64,000 nt of DNA from Vicinamibacterales bacterium (GTDB taxonomy: Bacteria; Acidobacteriota; Vicinamibacteria; Vicinamibacterales; JAMQPK01), in NCBI GenBank assembly GCA_963825295.1, contig CAWGSZ010000009.1, forward strand, positions 1,718,329 through 1,782,328, read 5' to 3'. The position numbers were made by a program, and so were the translations under genes. Below, piece by piece: positions 24,008-33,909 of the stretch. Each line of letters begins with the position of its first letter. Positions within the stretch are counted from its first letter, which is position 1. Under the pieces are notes generated by a model. The model saw only the letters and a program-made list of their open reading frames with translations. It did no database searches and had not been told where the DNA came from.

Positions 24008-26008
24008 GTGTCACGCGAGGCCGGCCTGTTCCAGGCGCTGACGGCCACCGACCGGCTGGGCGACCTGCTTCCGGTGCTCCATCATCACGCTGTTTCGGCC
24101 GTCGACGGCCGAAACTCGATCCTGTTTCACTTCAACCGCGCCGGTGACGCCCTGCACGCCATGTCTGCGTCCGGGGTGGAACAGCTCCCGCCAGATCCGT
24201 GGCACGTCCGGCACCTCCCCCCCACACTGTTCCAGGACGGAACACCGCATCTGGTCCCCGATATCTCAAAGGTCATCTCGTGCGCTTCCGAACTCGGTAC
24301 CGGGCCTGCCGTACTGGTGCCCCTGACACACGTACAGAAACAGATCGGCGTACTGGTCGTCGCGTGCCAGTCCCCGCTGTCGGCGGACCAGCTCGATCGG
24401 GCCGCGTCGGTCGGCCATGCCTTCGCCGTCGCGCTCGAGCGGGCGAGGACGGCTGGCGAGTTCCATCTGCATCATCAATTGAGGGAACTGTTGCAGGTGT
24501 TTGTCCGCGATGCCTCGAGCACAACGCTGTCGGCGGGCCTCGAGGCGTTGTGCACGGGCGCCAACCGCGTGTTCGGCGCCGACCGCACCTCGGTGTGGCT
24601 GCACGACAGACGCGCGCGCATGGTCGTGCTGTCCGCCTCGTCCGACGTCGTGTACATGGCGCAGGAACGGCGAATCCCGACCTCAGATCCGCTCGCGCCC
24701 GCGGCGCGCGCCCTGCGCGGAGAGCGGGCCGAGCTGTTTCCGGGGGGCGGCGATGGCGCGGGCAGTTACACCGCGCTGGTGACGATTCCGCTGAAAGGCA
24801 AACGGCGCGCGCTCGGCACGCTGGTGCTCGAAGAGGTGCGCATCGAGCCCGGCGAGCAGATGGAGGTGGTCGAACGCGCCGACGAGCTGGGCCGCCGGCT
24901 GTCGAGCGCGATCGAAAACGTCCTGCTGCTCGATGCCGTGCTGCGCTCGCGGCGCGAGCTCGAGAACACCTTCAACTCGCTGACCGATTTCGTCGTGGTG
25001 GCCGACGAAGAAGGCCGGCTCGTCCACGTGAACCGGGCGTTTCTCGATCGCATCGGACGCCCGAAGCAGGAATTGATCGACCACCGGCTCGCGGACATCG
25101 TCGGCGCGAAAATCAACGAGCAGATCGCGCGCGCGAAGGATTCGGAGGGCCTCGTCGACGGCGAAGTCGATGACAGCGAGCTCCGGGGCATCTTCCATGT
25201 CACCGTGACGCCGCTCGTCGGGGAAGAACGAGAGCCGATGGGCATCGTGCTTGTGGCGCGCGATGTCACGCCGCAAGCGCAGCTCGAAGCCGAGCGCGCC
25301 GAATTGCGCAACCGCCTCGTGCAGTCGGAGAAGCTCGCCGCGCTCGGCCAGTTCGTGGCCGGCATCGCGCACGAGCTGAACAACCCGCTGCAGGGCGTGC
25401 TCGGCCACCTGGAACTGCTGCGCACGACCGGTGCGTTTCCGAAAGCGCTTCGCCGGGACATGCAGTTGATCTATCGAGAAGCCGACCGCGCGGCGAAGAT
25501 CGTGCGCAATCTGCTGGTGTTTGCGGGCTCGGGACGGCTGGTGCGGCGGCGAACCAGCGTCAACGCGGCGCTCTCGCGCGTGCTCGCGCTGCGCGCGCCG
25601 GCATGCCGCGCGGCGGGCATCGAGGTCGTGCGGCGCCACGAGGAGGGGTTGCCGCGGGTCAAAGCCGACCCGCTGCTGATTCAGCAGGCCCTGCTCAACA
25701 TCGTGCTCAACGCCGAGCAGGCCGTCGGTGGTGGCGGCCGTATCGAGTCGCACACGGCGCTTGTCGAGGAGGACGGCGAGCGGCAGGTCGTGGTGCGCAT
25801 CCGGGATACCGGTCCGGGCATTCCGCCGGAGGCCATGCCGCGGCTGTTCGAGCCGTTTTACACGACAAAAGAAGTCGGCCAGGGCACCGGCCTCGGACTG
25901 GCGATAACCTATGGCATCATTCAAGAGCACGGTGGACAGATCGCGGCATCGAATCATCCCGACGGCGGCGCCGTGTTCACGGTGCGCCTCCCAGTTGAAC
26001 GCGAGTAG
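24008..26008 (+). CDS. GAF-GAF-PAS sensor histidine kinase
   Basis: AGIAHELNNPL, NAEQA, DTGPGI, PFYTTK..GTGLGL. Confidence 0.9.
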   Translation: MSREAGLFQALTATDRLGDLLPVLHHHAVSAVDGRNSILFHFNRAGDALHAMSASGVEQLPPDPWHVRHLPPTLFQDGTPHLVPDISKVISCASELGTGPAVLVPLTHVQKQIGVLVVACQSPLSADQLDRAASVGHAFAVALERARTAGEFHLHHQLRELLQVFVRDASSTTLSAGLEALCTGANRVFGADRTSVWLHDRRARMVVLSASSDVVYMAQERRIPTSDPLAPAARALRGERAELFPGGGDGAGSYTALVTIPLKGKRRALGTLVLEEVRIEPGEQMEVVERADELGRRLSSAIENVLLLDAVLRSRRELENTFNSLTDFVVVADEEGRLVHVNRAFLDRIGRPKQELIDHRLADIVGAKINEQIARAKDSEGLVDGEVDDSELRGIFHVTVTPLVGEEREPMGIVLVARDVTPQAQLEAERAELRNRLVQSEKLAALGQFVAGIAHELNNPLQGVLGHLELLRTTGAFPKALRRDMQLIYREADRAAKIVRNLLVFAGSGRLVRRRTSVNAALSRVLALRAPACRAAGIEVVRRHEEGLPRVKADPLLIQQALLNIVLNAEQAVGGGGRIESHTALVEEDGERQVVVRIRDTGPGIPPEAMPRLFEPFYTTKEVGQGTGLGLAITYGIIQEHGGQIAASNHPDGGAVFTVRLPVERE

Positions 26009-26134
26009 CATGTTGGCCGCGCGCGAAGCGGTGAGATGGGACACCGATGAACGATCGCCGCGAGCGGCGCGGGGCGTAAGGGCCCCGCAAGCGAAGCGTC
26101 GAGGAGCGGGGCGGGGGGCCCGCGCGACCAACTA

Positions 26135-26737
26135 ATGGACGAGACGTTTTTAACGACCGAAGAGGTGCTCGAGTACCTCCAGGTCAATTTGCGGACGGTG
26201 TACCGGCTGATCAAGGCCGGCAAGATTCCGGCTGTGCGGGTCGGACGCCAATGGCGCTTCCGCAAGCGCGACATCGACGCCTGGCTCGACAGCCAGCGGC
26301 CCCGTGGCGGGTCGCGCGCGGCGGCGGCTACGGCCGAGACGCCCGCACCCGCTCCGCGCCAGGGTGCCGACCGCCCGCGCATTCTCGTCGTGGACGACGA
26401 GTCCAGCATCCGCGACCTGCTGTCGAAAACGCTGGCGCTCGCGGAGTACGACGTCGATACCGCCTCTGACGGGCGATCGGCGCTCGAGCGGCTGCGGCTG
26501 TATCCCTACGACCTGTTGATTGCCGACCTGAAGATGCCGGGCATCGACGGGCTGAGCGTCATTCGCGAAGCGAAACGTCTCAAGACCAGCCTCCCGGTGA
26601 TTATCATCACGGGCTATTCCACCGAGACCGCCGCCATCGAAGCGGTGAACCTCGGCGTGTCCGGCTACCTGACGAAACCGTTCCGCGTTCCGCAGGTGCT
26701 GGCTGCGGCTGCGAAAGCCATTGGGGAACCCGGCTAA
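26135..26737 (+). CDS. Response regulator with an N-terminal excisionase-type HTH and a C-terminal receiver domain
   Basis: LTTEEV..YL..TVYRLIKAGKIPAVRVGRQWRF, then ILVVDDE..DLKMPGIDG. Confidence 0.9.
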   Translation: MDETFLTTEEVLEYLQVNLRTVYRLIKAGKIPAVRVGRQWRFRKRDIDAWLDSQRPRGGSRAAAATAETPAPAPRQGADRPRILVVDDESSIRDLLSKTLALAEYDVDTASDGRSALERLRLYPYDLLIADLKMPGIDGLSVIREAKRLKTSLPVIIITGYSTETAAIEAVNLGVSGYLTKPFRVPQVLAAAAKAIGEPG

Positions 26738-26765
26738 TCCCTAATCCCCAATCCCTAATCCCTAG
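26734..26765 (+). repeat. C(T/C)AATCC x4 heptamer array starting on the stop codon
   Basis: ctaatccctaatccccaatccctaatccctag. Confidence 0.92.
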
Positions 26766-26775
26766 TTGTTAAGTA

Positions 26776-28741
26776 GTGTTACAGCTTTCCAACATCAGCA
26801 AATCATTCGGCGAGCGCGTGCTGTTCGAGGACATCACCTGGCAGATCGACGAGGGTGAGCGGGTCGGGTTGTGCGGTCCGAACGGCGCGGGCAAAACCAC
26901 GTTATTGAAGATGATGGCGGGTCTCGACGAGCCCGACACGGGCGGCATCGTCAAGCCATCGGCGTTGACAGTGGGCTACCTGCCGCAGGACGGCTTGTCG
27001 CACACAGGCCGGACGATTCTCGACGAAGCGAGCTCGGCATTCGCGGGACTGCTCGAGGTGAAGCGCGAGATGCACGCCATCGAGGAGCGTCTCGGCGACG
27101 CGACGGTCGCCGCGGACGAGCACGACGCGATGCTCGATCGCTACAGCGCGCTCCAGGATCGATTTCGCATCGGCGAGGGCTACAACATCGACCTGAAGGT
27201 CGCCACGGTTCTACGCGGTCTCGGCTTCACCGACGACACGTTCGAGCACCCGACCGATTCGCTGTCGGGCGGGTGGCAGATGCGGCTCGCGCTCGCCAAG
27301 CTGCTTCTGGGCCGGCCGACGCTGCTCCTGCTCGACGAGCCGACCAACCATCTCGATCTCGAAGCGCGGAACTGGCTCGAGGAGTACCTCTCGGCGTATC
27401 CCCACGCCGTGATTCTCGTCTCGCACGATCGGTTCTTCCTCGACGCCGTGGTCACCCGCATCAGCGACTTGAACCTTCGCAAGCTGACCGACTACCCCGG
27501 CACCTACACGCACTACATCGCCGAACGCGACGCACGCATGGACGCGCTTCGCAAGGCCAAGCACGAGCAGGACGAAGAGATCGCGCGCGTGAAGATGTTC
27601 ATCGATCGCTTCCGCTACCAGGCGACCAAGGCCGCGCAGGTGCAGAGCCGCATCAAGATGCTCGAGAAAGTGGTGCCCATCGAGGCGCCGCCCGAGCGCA
27701 AGCGCATTCATTTCACGTTCCCGGTCTGCGCGAAAAGCGGGCGCTCGGTCGTCGAGCTGCACGACGTGCGCAAGGCGTACGGCGGGAACGTGATTTTTTC
27801 GAAGCTCAACCTGCTCATCGAGCGCGGCGACCGCATCGCGCTCGTCGGACCGAACGGCGCCGGCAAGAGCACGATGATGCGGATGCTCTCGGGCGTCGAG
27901 GAGCCCGACCAGGGCACGCGCCGCGACGGTCACCAGGTCGTCATGCAGTATTTCGCGCAGGACGAAGCGGTTCGGCTGGAGCCGAAATTGACCGTGTACG
28001 AAACCCTCGTGTCGGGTTCGCCGATGAACATGGTGCCGGCCATCCGCAACATTCTCGGGGGCTTCCTGTTCTCGGGCGACGACATCTACAAGAAGGCGGG
28101 CGTGCTGTCGGGCGGCGAGCGCACGCGGCTGGCCGTCGCACGCATGCTGCTGCGGCCGTCGAACACGCTGCTCCTGGACGAGCCGACCAACCATCTCGAT
28201 CTCGACTCGAAGGACATCCTCCTCGAAGCGCTGAACGACTACGGCGGCACGCTCGTGTTCGTCTCCCACGATCGCTACTTCGTCGAGAAGCTGGCAACCA
28301 AGATCATCGAGATTGGACACGGAGAGGCGATCGTGTTCCCTGGCACCTACCTGGAGGTACTTGTGGAGTAAAGAGCACAGGGAGGGTTCGTCGGGTTCGA
28401 AACGTTCAACATCCCCGGTAGGGCGCGACTTCAGTCGCGCTAAAGAGGCACCCAGCGGAGCCGCCGGCCACGACGCGCGCAAGCGTGCCGCGTCGGAGCA
28501 GAAGAAGCGCGATCAGACGGCGAAAAGGCGGCAGGGGGATATTGCCACTCTCGAGGCGCGCATCGCCGACTGCGAGCAGGCCATGAGAGACATCGAGGCC
28601 GCCATGTCGGCCCCTGGGTTCTACGACAACCGCGACCAGTCCCAGCCGGTCATCGATCGCCACCAGGCGCTCATGTGGAAGCTCGGCGACCTGATGCATC
28701 AGTGGGAAGAGCTGCAGAGATCGAGAAGATCTAGAATCTGA
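26776..28741 (+). CDS. ABC-F family ATPase; frameshift near 28360
   Basis: Two ABC domains (GPNGAGKT/S, LSGG, LLLDEPTNHLD) and no TM. C-terminal coiled coil in the second frame. Confidence 0.92.
28418..28440 (+). repeat. GTAG-type REP inside the ABC-F C-terminal linker
   Basis: GTAGGGCGCGACTTCAGTCGCGC. Confidence 0.8.
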
Positions 28742-28818
28742 AAGCTAGAATCTGGGGCTGTCAGATTTCGGACTACAGACACGCCAGATTCCAGATTCTC
28801 GTTTCTAGATTCTAGTTT
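28731..28818. repeat. Gene-less inverted heptamer hairpin (CTAGAAT ... ATTCTAG)
   Basis: Left arm ctagaatctgaaagctagaatctgg; right arm ccagattccagattctcgtttctagattctag. Confidence 0.8.
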
Positions 28819-28929
28819 CCGGTTACAGTACCGCCCCCCAGATGACGATAATGTAATTGACGGGTCGCAAAGTTGCACGCGAAGCCTTACATTTCAAGGG
28901 TTTAGACGCATTTTTGGCGGTGCGCGCCC

Positions 28930-28944
28930 GGGCACGGCGTTTGC
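28930..28944 (+). promoter_or_regulatory. sigma54 -24/-12 promoter
   Basis: GGGCACGGCGTTTGC (GG-N10-GC) upstream of the kinase/NtrC-family operon, with AT-rich sequence further upstream. Confidence 0.75.
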
Positions 28945-28967
28945 CCCTCCCGTGCCTTGATCAACCC

Positions 28968-30224
28968 ATGGAGAACCCGCAGTTCGCCAAACTGCCGTCC
29001 GCGATTGAGCCCCTGATGCCACCAACGAGCCGCCGGCGGCCTCGCCAGCGGACTGCCTCAACCGGGCAAGGGCGCCAGCGCCGCGAGTCCGACCGGTTTT
29101 TCCGTCGGCTCGTCGCCGGCATGCGCAACGGCGTGCTGGCGATCACGCGCGATGGGAAGGTCGCGGAGATCAACGCCGAAGCGCTGCGGATCTTCCAGCT
29201 CAAGCGGTCGCAGAGCGCGGTCGGGCGCCACTTTTCGGTCGTGCTGGCCAAACACCCCGACATCGTGCGGGTGCTGCACAGCGCGTTCGAGCTGAGCCAC
29301 CTGCCCAATCGCGCCGAACTGCGCCTGAAGACGACGGGCAAGGTGATCGGGTACACGCTTTCGCACGTGCGAGACGAGCGCGGACGCTCGACCGGCGTCG
29401 CGCTGTTTTTCAAGGACCTGACCAAGGTCGAGCAGCTCGAGGAACGCGAACGGCTGCGCGACCGCCTCGTGGCGCTCGGCGAAATGGCGGCCGCCATCGC
29501 GCACGAAGTGAAGAACCCGTTGGCGGGCATCGAGGTCATGGCCGGTCTCCTCAAGCGCCAGGCGGCGGTGGTCGAGTCGCCCGACGCGCAGTCGTTGTTG
29601 AACGACATCATCAGCGAAGCGAAGATGGCCAACCAGATCGTGCACGAAGCGCTCGAGTTCGTCCGGCCCATCCGGCTGCAGGTCGAACACACCGCGCTCG
29701 CCGACGTGATCCAGGCCTCGATCACGCTGGCCGAAACCAAGATTCCGCGCCGCCACATCAGGCTCGTGATCAACATCGACAGCGGGCTGCCGCCGATCCA
29801 GGGCGACCATCATCAGCTGTGTCAGTTGTTCACCAACCTGCTGATCAACGCGTTCGAGGCGCTCGAAGGCCGGGGCACCGTTGAAGTCACCGCGCACGAA
29901 GGCGTGCTGGAGGAAGACGGACACATGCCGCTCGGCGACGCGCTCGCCACACGATCGGTCATCGTCGAAGTCACCGACGACGGTCCCGGCGTGCCACGCG
30001 AGCTGCGCGATCGGATTTTCAACGCGTTTTTCACGACGAAGCCTCAGGGATCGGGGCTCGGGCTGGCGATCGTCCGCAAGGTCGTCGACGCGCACGACGG
30101 GCGCATCGACATCCAGAGCGGGCCGCACGGCACGTGCTTCCGGGTGACACTCCCGGTGTCGGGAGCCAACGACTGGTTCGTGCCAAGGCCTGCGGTGCCG
30201 GCGCGGACTTCCACGGACGACTAG
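28968..30224 (+). CDS. PAS-domain sensor histidine kinase (NtrB/PilS-like)
   Basis: [34 protein letters not shown]. Confidence 0.9.
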   Translation: MENPQFAKLPSAIEPLMPPTSRRRPRQRTASTGQGRQRRESDRFFRRLVAGMRNGVLAITRDGKVAEINAEALRIFQLKRSQSAVGRHFSVVLAKHPDIVRVLHSAFELSHLPNRAELRLKTTGKVIGYTLSHVRDERGRSTGVALFFKDLTKVEQLEERERLRDRLVALGEMAAAIAHEVKNPLAGIEVMAGLLKRQAAVVESPDAQSLLNDIISEAKMANQIVHEALEFVRPIRLQVEHTALADVIQASITLAETKIPRRHIRLVINIDSGLPPIQGDHHQLCQLFTNLLINAFEALEGRGTVEVTAHEGVLEEDGHMPLGDALATRSVIVEVTDDGPGVPRELRDRIFNAFFTTKPQGSGLGLAIVRKVVDAHDGRIDIQSGPHGTCFRVTLPVSGANDWFVPRPAVPARTSTDD

Positions 30225-30231
30225 GAGAAGT

Positions 30232-31638
30232 ATGGGTCGCATTCTCATAGCTGATGATCACGATGCCCTCCGGCGCGGGCTCGCCCGGGCGCTGACGGCT
30301 GCCAATCACGAAGTCGAAGAAGCTCCCAACGGCAACCAGGCCATCGAGCGGCTTCACGACGGGCATTTCGACGTCGTACTGAGCGATCTGAAGATGGGCG
30401 GCAGCGACGGGCTCGACGTGCTCCGCACGACCAAGACGCTCCATCCCTCGACCGCCGTCATCCTGATGACCGCCTTCGGATCGGTGCACACGGCGGTGGA
30501 AGCGATGAAGAGCGGCGCCTTCGACTACGTGCAGAAGCCCTTCGAGATCGAAGAAATGGAAGTGAAGATCGAGAAGGCGCTCGAGATGCGGCGCATGCGC
30601 CACGAGCTCGACTACCTGCGGCATACCCAGAACGACATCTACGATTTCGACCGCATCGTCGGCCAGAGCGATCCCCTCAAGCGCGTGCTCGGCGTCGTGA
30701 AGAAGGTGGCCAAGAGCAACACGACCGTGCTGATTCGCGGCGAGACGGGAACCGGCAAGGAGCTCATCGCCGGCGCCATCCATCACAACTCGCTGCGTGC
30801 GTCGCGGAACTTCGTCAAGGTGAACTGCGCGGCACTTCCCGAGACGCTGCTCGAATCGGAGTTGTTCGGACACGAGAAGGGGGCATTCACGGGCGCCGAT
30901 CGCCAGCGCATCGGCCGCTTCGAGCAGGCCGACGGCGGCAGCCTCTTCCTCGACGAAGTCGGCGACATGAGCGCCGCGATTCAGGCGAAGATCCTGCGTG
31001 TCTTGCAGGAGCACGAGTTCGAACGCCTCGGCGGCACGCGCACGCAGAAGGTGGACGTGCGGCTCGTCGCGGCGACCAACCGCGATCTATCCGTGATGGT
31101 GGCGTCCGGAGCGTTCCGCGAAGACCTGTACTACCGGCTGAACGTCGTCTCGGTGGAGATGCCGCCGCTGCGCGAGCGCAAGGAAGACATCATCCCGCTC
31201 GCGATGTTCTTCGTGAAGAAGTTCGCCGGCGAGCTGAAGAAGAAGATCGACGGAATCGACCCGGAAGCGCAGAAGATGCTGCTGCGCTACAACTGGCCCG
31301 GCAACATCCGCGAGCTCGAGAACTCGGTGGAGCGGGCGATTCTGATGACCGAAGGGCAGTTCATCACGTCGGAGGATCTGCGCCTGGGCGAAGCGGCGAC
31401 CGCCGGTGTGACCAGCACGCGCGAGGCTTCGGCGCTCGTGAAGATTCCGCCGTCGGGCGTGCCGCTCGAGGAAATCGAGCGGAGCGCGCTGATGGAAGCC
31501 TTGAAGATGTCGAACTGGGTGCAGAAGGACGCCGCGGAGCTGCTCGGCATCAGCCCGCGCGTGATGAACTACAAGATCAAGACGCTCGGCATCGAGTTCC
31601 CGCGGGGACGGCGGCCGATGGTCGCCGCGGCGAGTTAG
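30232..31638 (+). CDS. sigma54-dependent response regulator (NtrC family)
   Basis: Receiver domain, [23 protein letters not shown]-terminal Fis HTH. Confidence 0.95.
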   Translation: MGRILIADDHDALRRGLARALTAANHEVEEAPNGNQAIERLHDGHFDVVLSDLKMGGSDGLDVLRTTKTLHPSTAVILMTAFGSVHTAVEAMKSGAFDYVQKPFEIEEMEVKIEKALEMRRMRHELDYLRHTQNDIYDFDRIVGQSDPLKRVLGVVKKVAKSNTTVLIRGETGTGKELIAGAIHHNSLRASRNFVKVNCAALPETLLESELFGHEKGAFTGADRQRIGRFEQADGGSLFLDEVGDMSAAIQAKILRVLQEHEFERLGGTRTQKVDVRLVAATNRDLSVMVASGAFREDLYYRLNVVSVEMPPLRERKEDIIPLAMFFVKKFAGELKKKIDGIDPEAQKMLLRYNWPGNIRELENSVERAILMTEGQFITSEDLRLGEAATAGVTSTREASALVKIPPSGVPLEEIERSALMEALKMSNWVQKDAAELLGISPRVMNYKIKTLGIEFPRGRRPMVAAAS

Positions 31639-31686
31639 TCGTAAGGCGCAAGTCGAAAGTCGTCAGGCGAAAGTCAGTCACAAGTC
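31637..31686 (+). repeat. AG(T/G)CGNA heptamer array beginning in the stop codon
   Basis: agtcgta aggcgca agtcgaa agtcgtc aggcgaa agtc... Confidence 0.8.
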
Positions 31687-31688
31687 CC

Positions 31689-31726
31689 GGGCGACGGTTG
31701 AACATAGCCGTCGCCCTTCTTTTTTT
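31689..31726 (+). terminator. Rho-independent terminator
   Basis: gggcgacgg-loop-ccgtcgccc followed by a T-tract. Confidence 0.8.
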
Positions 31727-31787
31727 CGCACCCAACGCACCTTTCGCACCCCTCGCACCCAACGCACAACGCACCCAACGCACCTAA
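31727..31787 (+). repeat. 9-mer array CGCACCNNN, about 7 units
   Basis: cgcacccaa cgcaccttt cgcacccct cgcacccaa ... Confidence 0.88.
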
Positions 31788-32555
31788 CTATTGCCCTGCC
31801 TTGAGAATCTCCAGAAACACTCGTTCCGTCTCCTGAGACGGATCGGCGCCGAGCTCGTCGCGGAACAACTCGCGGCATTTGCCGAACACGCGCAATGCTT
31901 CGCCGCGATTGCCCATCCGTGCGTGTGTCTGCATCAGATGCCGGTATCCGGTTTCCTGGAACGGCTCGAGCTCGATAATCTCCGTCGCGTATTGAACGGC
32001 CAATCCCGGTTCCCCATTCGCGGCACTGATCTTCGAGAGAATATGCAGGCCGCGGACTAACAGAGACCGAAGCTTCCCGCGGCGAGCTTCAATCCACACG
32101 GCTTCGTCGCCAGCGAGGAACGGCCGCCGCGCAATGATGACAAGGCCAACCGCATGGCCCCACGCGCGCCGCAAGTCGCCGGTACGAAATGCGCCATCGG
32201 CTTCGTCCATGGCGTTCGCCGCGTACTCCAGATCGATCCAGATGTCGCGGGGAAGACGCAGCTGCACCGTCCCCGAGAGCACTTCAACGGCAGCGTTCGT
32301 CGTAAGACCAGCCCGCTTGAATACCGCGCGAAGCTTGCTGAGATTGGCGTTGAGGGACACTTCGAGCTCGCGAGGTGGTGTGTCAGGCCAGACGACTGCG
32401 ATCAATTCGTCCTTGCTGACAGGCCGTTGACGCTCCGAAATCAGGAACGCGAATGCCAGACGCCCCTGCCGCCCCGCAAGATCGCGCTCCTCGACGAGCA
32501 CGCTGCCATGCTCCAGCGATATCCGCCCGGTCAGGTAGATGCGCGCGGTCGCCAA
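31788..32555 (-). CDS. SARP-type regulator (winged HTH + BTAD)
   Basis: VSKDELIAVVWP..LSKLR, LEPFQETGYRHLM, ELGADPS. Confidence 0.85.
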   Translation of the reverse strand: MATARIYLTGRISLEHGSVLVEERDLAGRQGRLAFAFLISERQRPVSKDELIAVVWPDTPPRELEVSLNANLSKLRAVFKRAGLTTNAAVEVLSGTVQLRLPRDIWIDLEYAANAMDEADGAFRTGDLRRAWGHAVGLVIIARRPFLAGDEAVWIEARRGKLRSLLVRGLHILSKISAANGEPGLAVQYATEIIELEPFQETGYRHLMQTHARMGNRGEALRVFGKCRELFRDELGADPSQETERVFLEILKAGQ

Positions 32556-32581
32556 GGTTTTACCAACCTCCCCGCAAGGTT
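32553..32581 (+). promoter_or_regulatory. 11-bp-periodic direct repeats (candidate SARP operator)
   Basis: CAAGGTT (32553), CAACCTC (32564), CAAGGTT (32575). Confidence 0.55.
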
Positions 32582-32625
32582 TCGGAAATAGAGTGCGCCT
32601 ATATTACGCGTTGAAAGGAGCAGCC

Positions 32626-32775
32626 ATGCAGAAAGTCATCAATTGCTCGTGCGGCTACATCGTGAGGGCGGAGAACGACGACAAGCTCGTGACGAAGGCG
32701 CAGGAACACGCCAAGCAGGTGCACCAGATGGATCTGACCCGCGAGCAGGCGCTCGCGATGGCCAGACCGGAGTGA
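32626..32775 (+). CDS. DUF1059-like small metal-binding protein (49 aa)
   Basis: CSCG...HAKQVH; AAGGAG ribosome-binding site. Confidence 0.8.
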   Translation: MQKVINCSCGYIVRAENDDKLVTKAQEHAKQVHQMDLTREQALAMARPE

Positions 32776-32790
32776 ATGGACAATCCTCAC

Positions 32791-32950
32791 AGTCGCTGGT
32801 CGCAAGTCGACGGTCGGTCGTCGCAAGTCAGTCGCTGGTCGACAGTCGTAGATGGGCGATGGGCAATGGTCATGGGTCGATAGGCGCTAGTCTGTCGACG
32901 GCCATCGACCGACCATTGGCCATTGGACCCTTGACCATGGCCCATCGACC
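32791..32950. repeat. Composite: (A/G)GTCGNN array (32791-32850) plus an inverted ATGG/CCAT-core hairpin (32851-32950)
   Basis: gatgggcgatgggcaatggtcatgggtcga ... tcgaccgaccattggccattggacccttgaccatggcccatc. Confidence 0.8.
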
Positions 32951-32961
32951 GCGCGAAGCGG

Positions 32962-33909
32962 CTATGCCCGCGGGTGAGACTTCCTGTAGACGTCGATCAA
33001 CTGCTGCGCGTTGACGTGCGTGTAGCGCTGGGTCGTGCTGAGACGGGCATGGCCCAGCAGTTCCTGGATGGCGCGCAGGTCGGCACCGTTGGCGAGCAGG
33101 TGCGTCGCGAACGAGTGCCGCAGGGCGTGAGGACTGATGCCGAATTTCGCGCCGCACTCGGCGACGTAGCGGCGGACCAGGCGATCGACGCTTCGCGCCG
33201 ACAGGCGCTCGCCGCGGTAGTTCAGAAACAAGGGCGCCTGCGCGGCCGCTCGCCTTCCGGGCTTTGCTTTCGCACCCGTCGCACCTTTCGCACCCGTCGC
33301 ACCCAACGCACCCGTTCGATCCTTCAGGTACGCACGAATGGCTTCCACAGTCGTATTGTTGAAGGGTACCAGCCGCTCTTTCCTCCCCTTCCCCAGCACG
33401 CGCACCATTCGCGCCGAGAGGTTCACGTCTTCCATGTCGAGTCCGACCAGCTCGCTGAGGCGAAGACCGGATGCGTAGAACAGCTCGAGGATGGCGCGGT
33501 CGCGCCGTCCGAGGGGCATCGACGAATCCGGCATCTCGAGCAGCCGGCTCATTTCTCCGACGGTCAGGTGGGCGGGAATCGTCTCTGGGATCTTCGGCGA
33601 CGCGACGAGCGTCGCCGGATCGTCCTCGATGAGGTCTTCACGCCGCAGGAACTTCACGAACGTCCGAATCGCCGACAGCTTTCGCGCCGACGACGAGGCC
33701 GAGATGCGCTGTTTGTGCAGCTCGCCGAGGAACGCCCGAATGGCGAACGCGTCGACGTCTGACGGCGTCAGCGCGTCCACGCGCGTCTGCCTGATGCGCG
33801 CGGTGTGGCCGAGGAAGGTCGCCACGTCGTTTTCGTACGCCGCGAGCGTGTGCGCCGACACGTCGCGGCGACGCAGGTGTTGAAGGAAGTCTTTGAGCGT
33901 GTCCTTCAT
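32962..33909 (-). CDS. xerC: Tyrosine recombinase XerC
   Basis: RDRAILELFYASGLRLSEL, HALRHSFATHLL, LLGHARLSTTQRY; topA-trmFO-xerC synteny. Confidence 0.92.
   Translation of the reverse strand: MKDTLKDFLQHLRRRDVSAHTLAAYENDVATFLGHTARIRQTRVDALTPSDVDAFAIRAFLGELHKQRISASSSARKLSAIRTFVKFLRREDLIEDDPATLVASPKIPETIPAHLTVGEMSRLLEMPDSSMPLGRRDRAILELFYASGLRLSELVGLDMEDVNLSARMVRVLGKGRKERLVPFNNTTVEAIRAYLKDRTGALGATGAKGATGAKAKPGRRAAAQAPLFLNYRGERLSARSVDRLVRRYVAECGAKFGISPHALRHSFATHLLANGADLRAIQELLGHARLSTTQRYTHVNAQQLIDVYRKSHPRA
33268..33315 (+). repeat. 9-mer array in frame inside xerC
   Basis: Encodes TGALGATGAKGATGAK between AYLKDR and PLFLN. Confidence 0.88.

Noticed and set aside
26135-26300. Prophage excisionase
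   Set aside because: The HTH is fused to a receiver domain downstream of a histidine kinase, with no phage genes nearby.
32962-33909. Phage or integron integrase marking an island
   Set aside because: Size, motifs and topA-trmFO synteny fit chromosomal XerC. No att sites or cassette array were seen.
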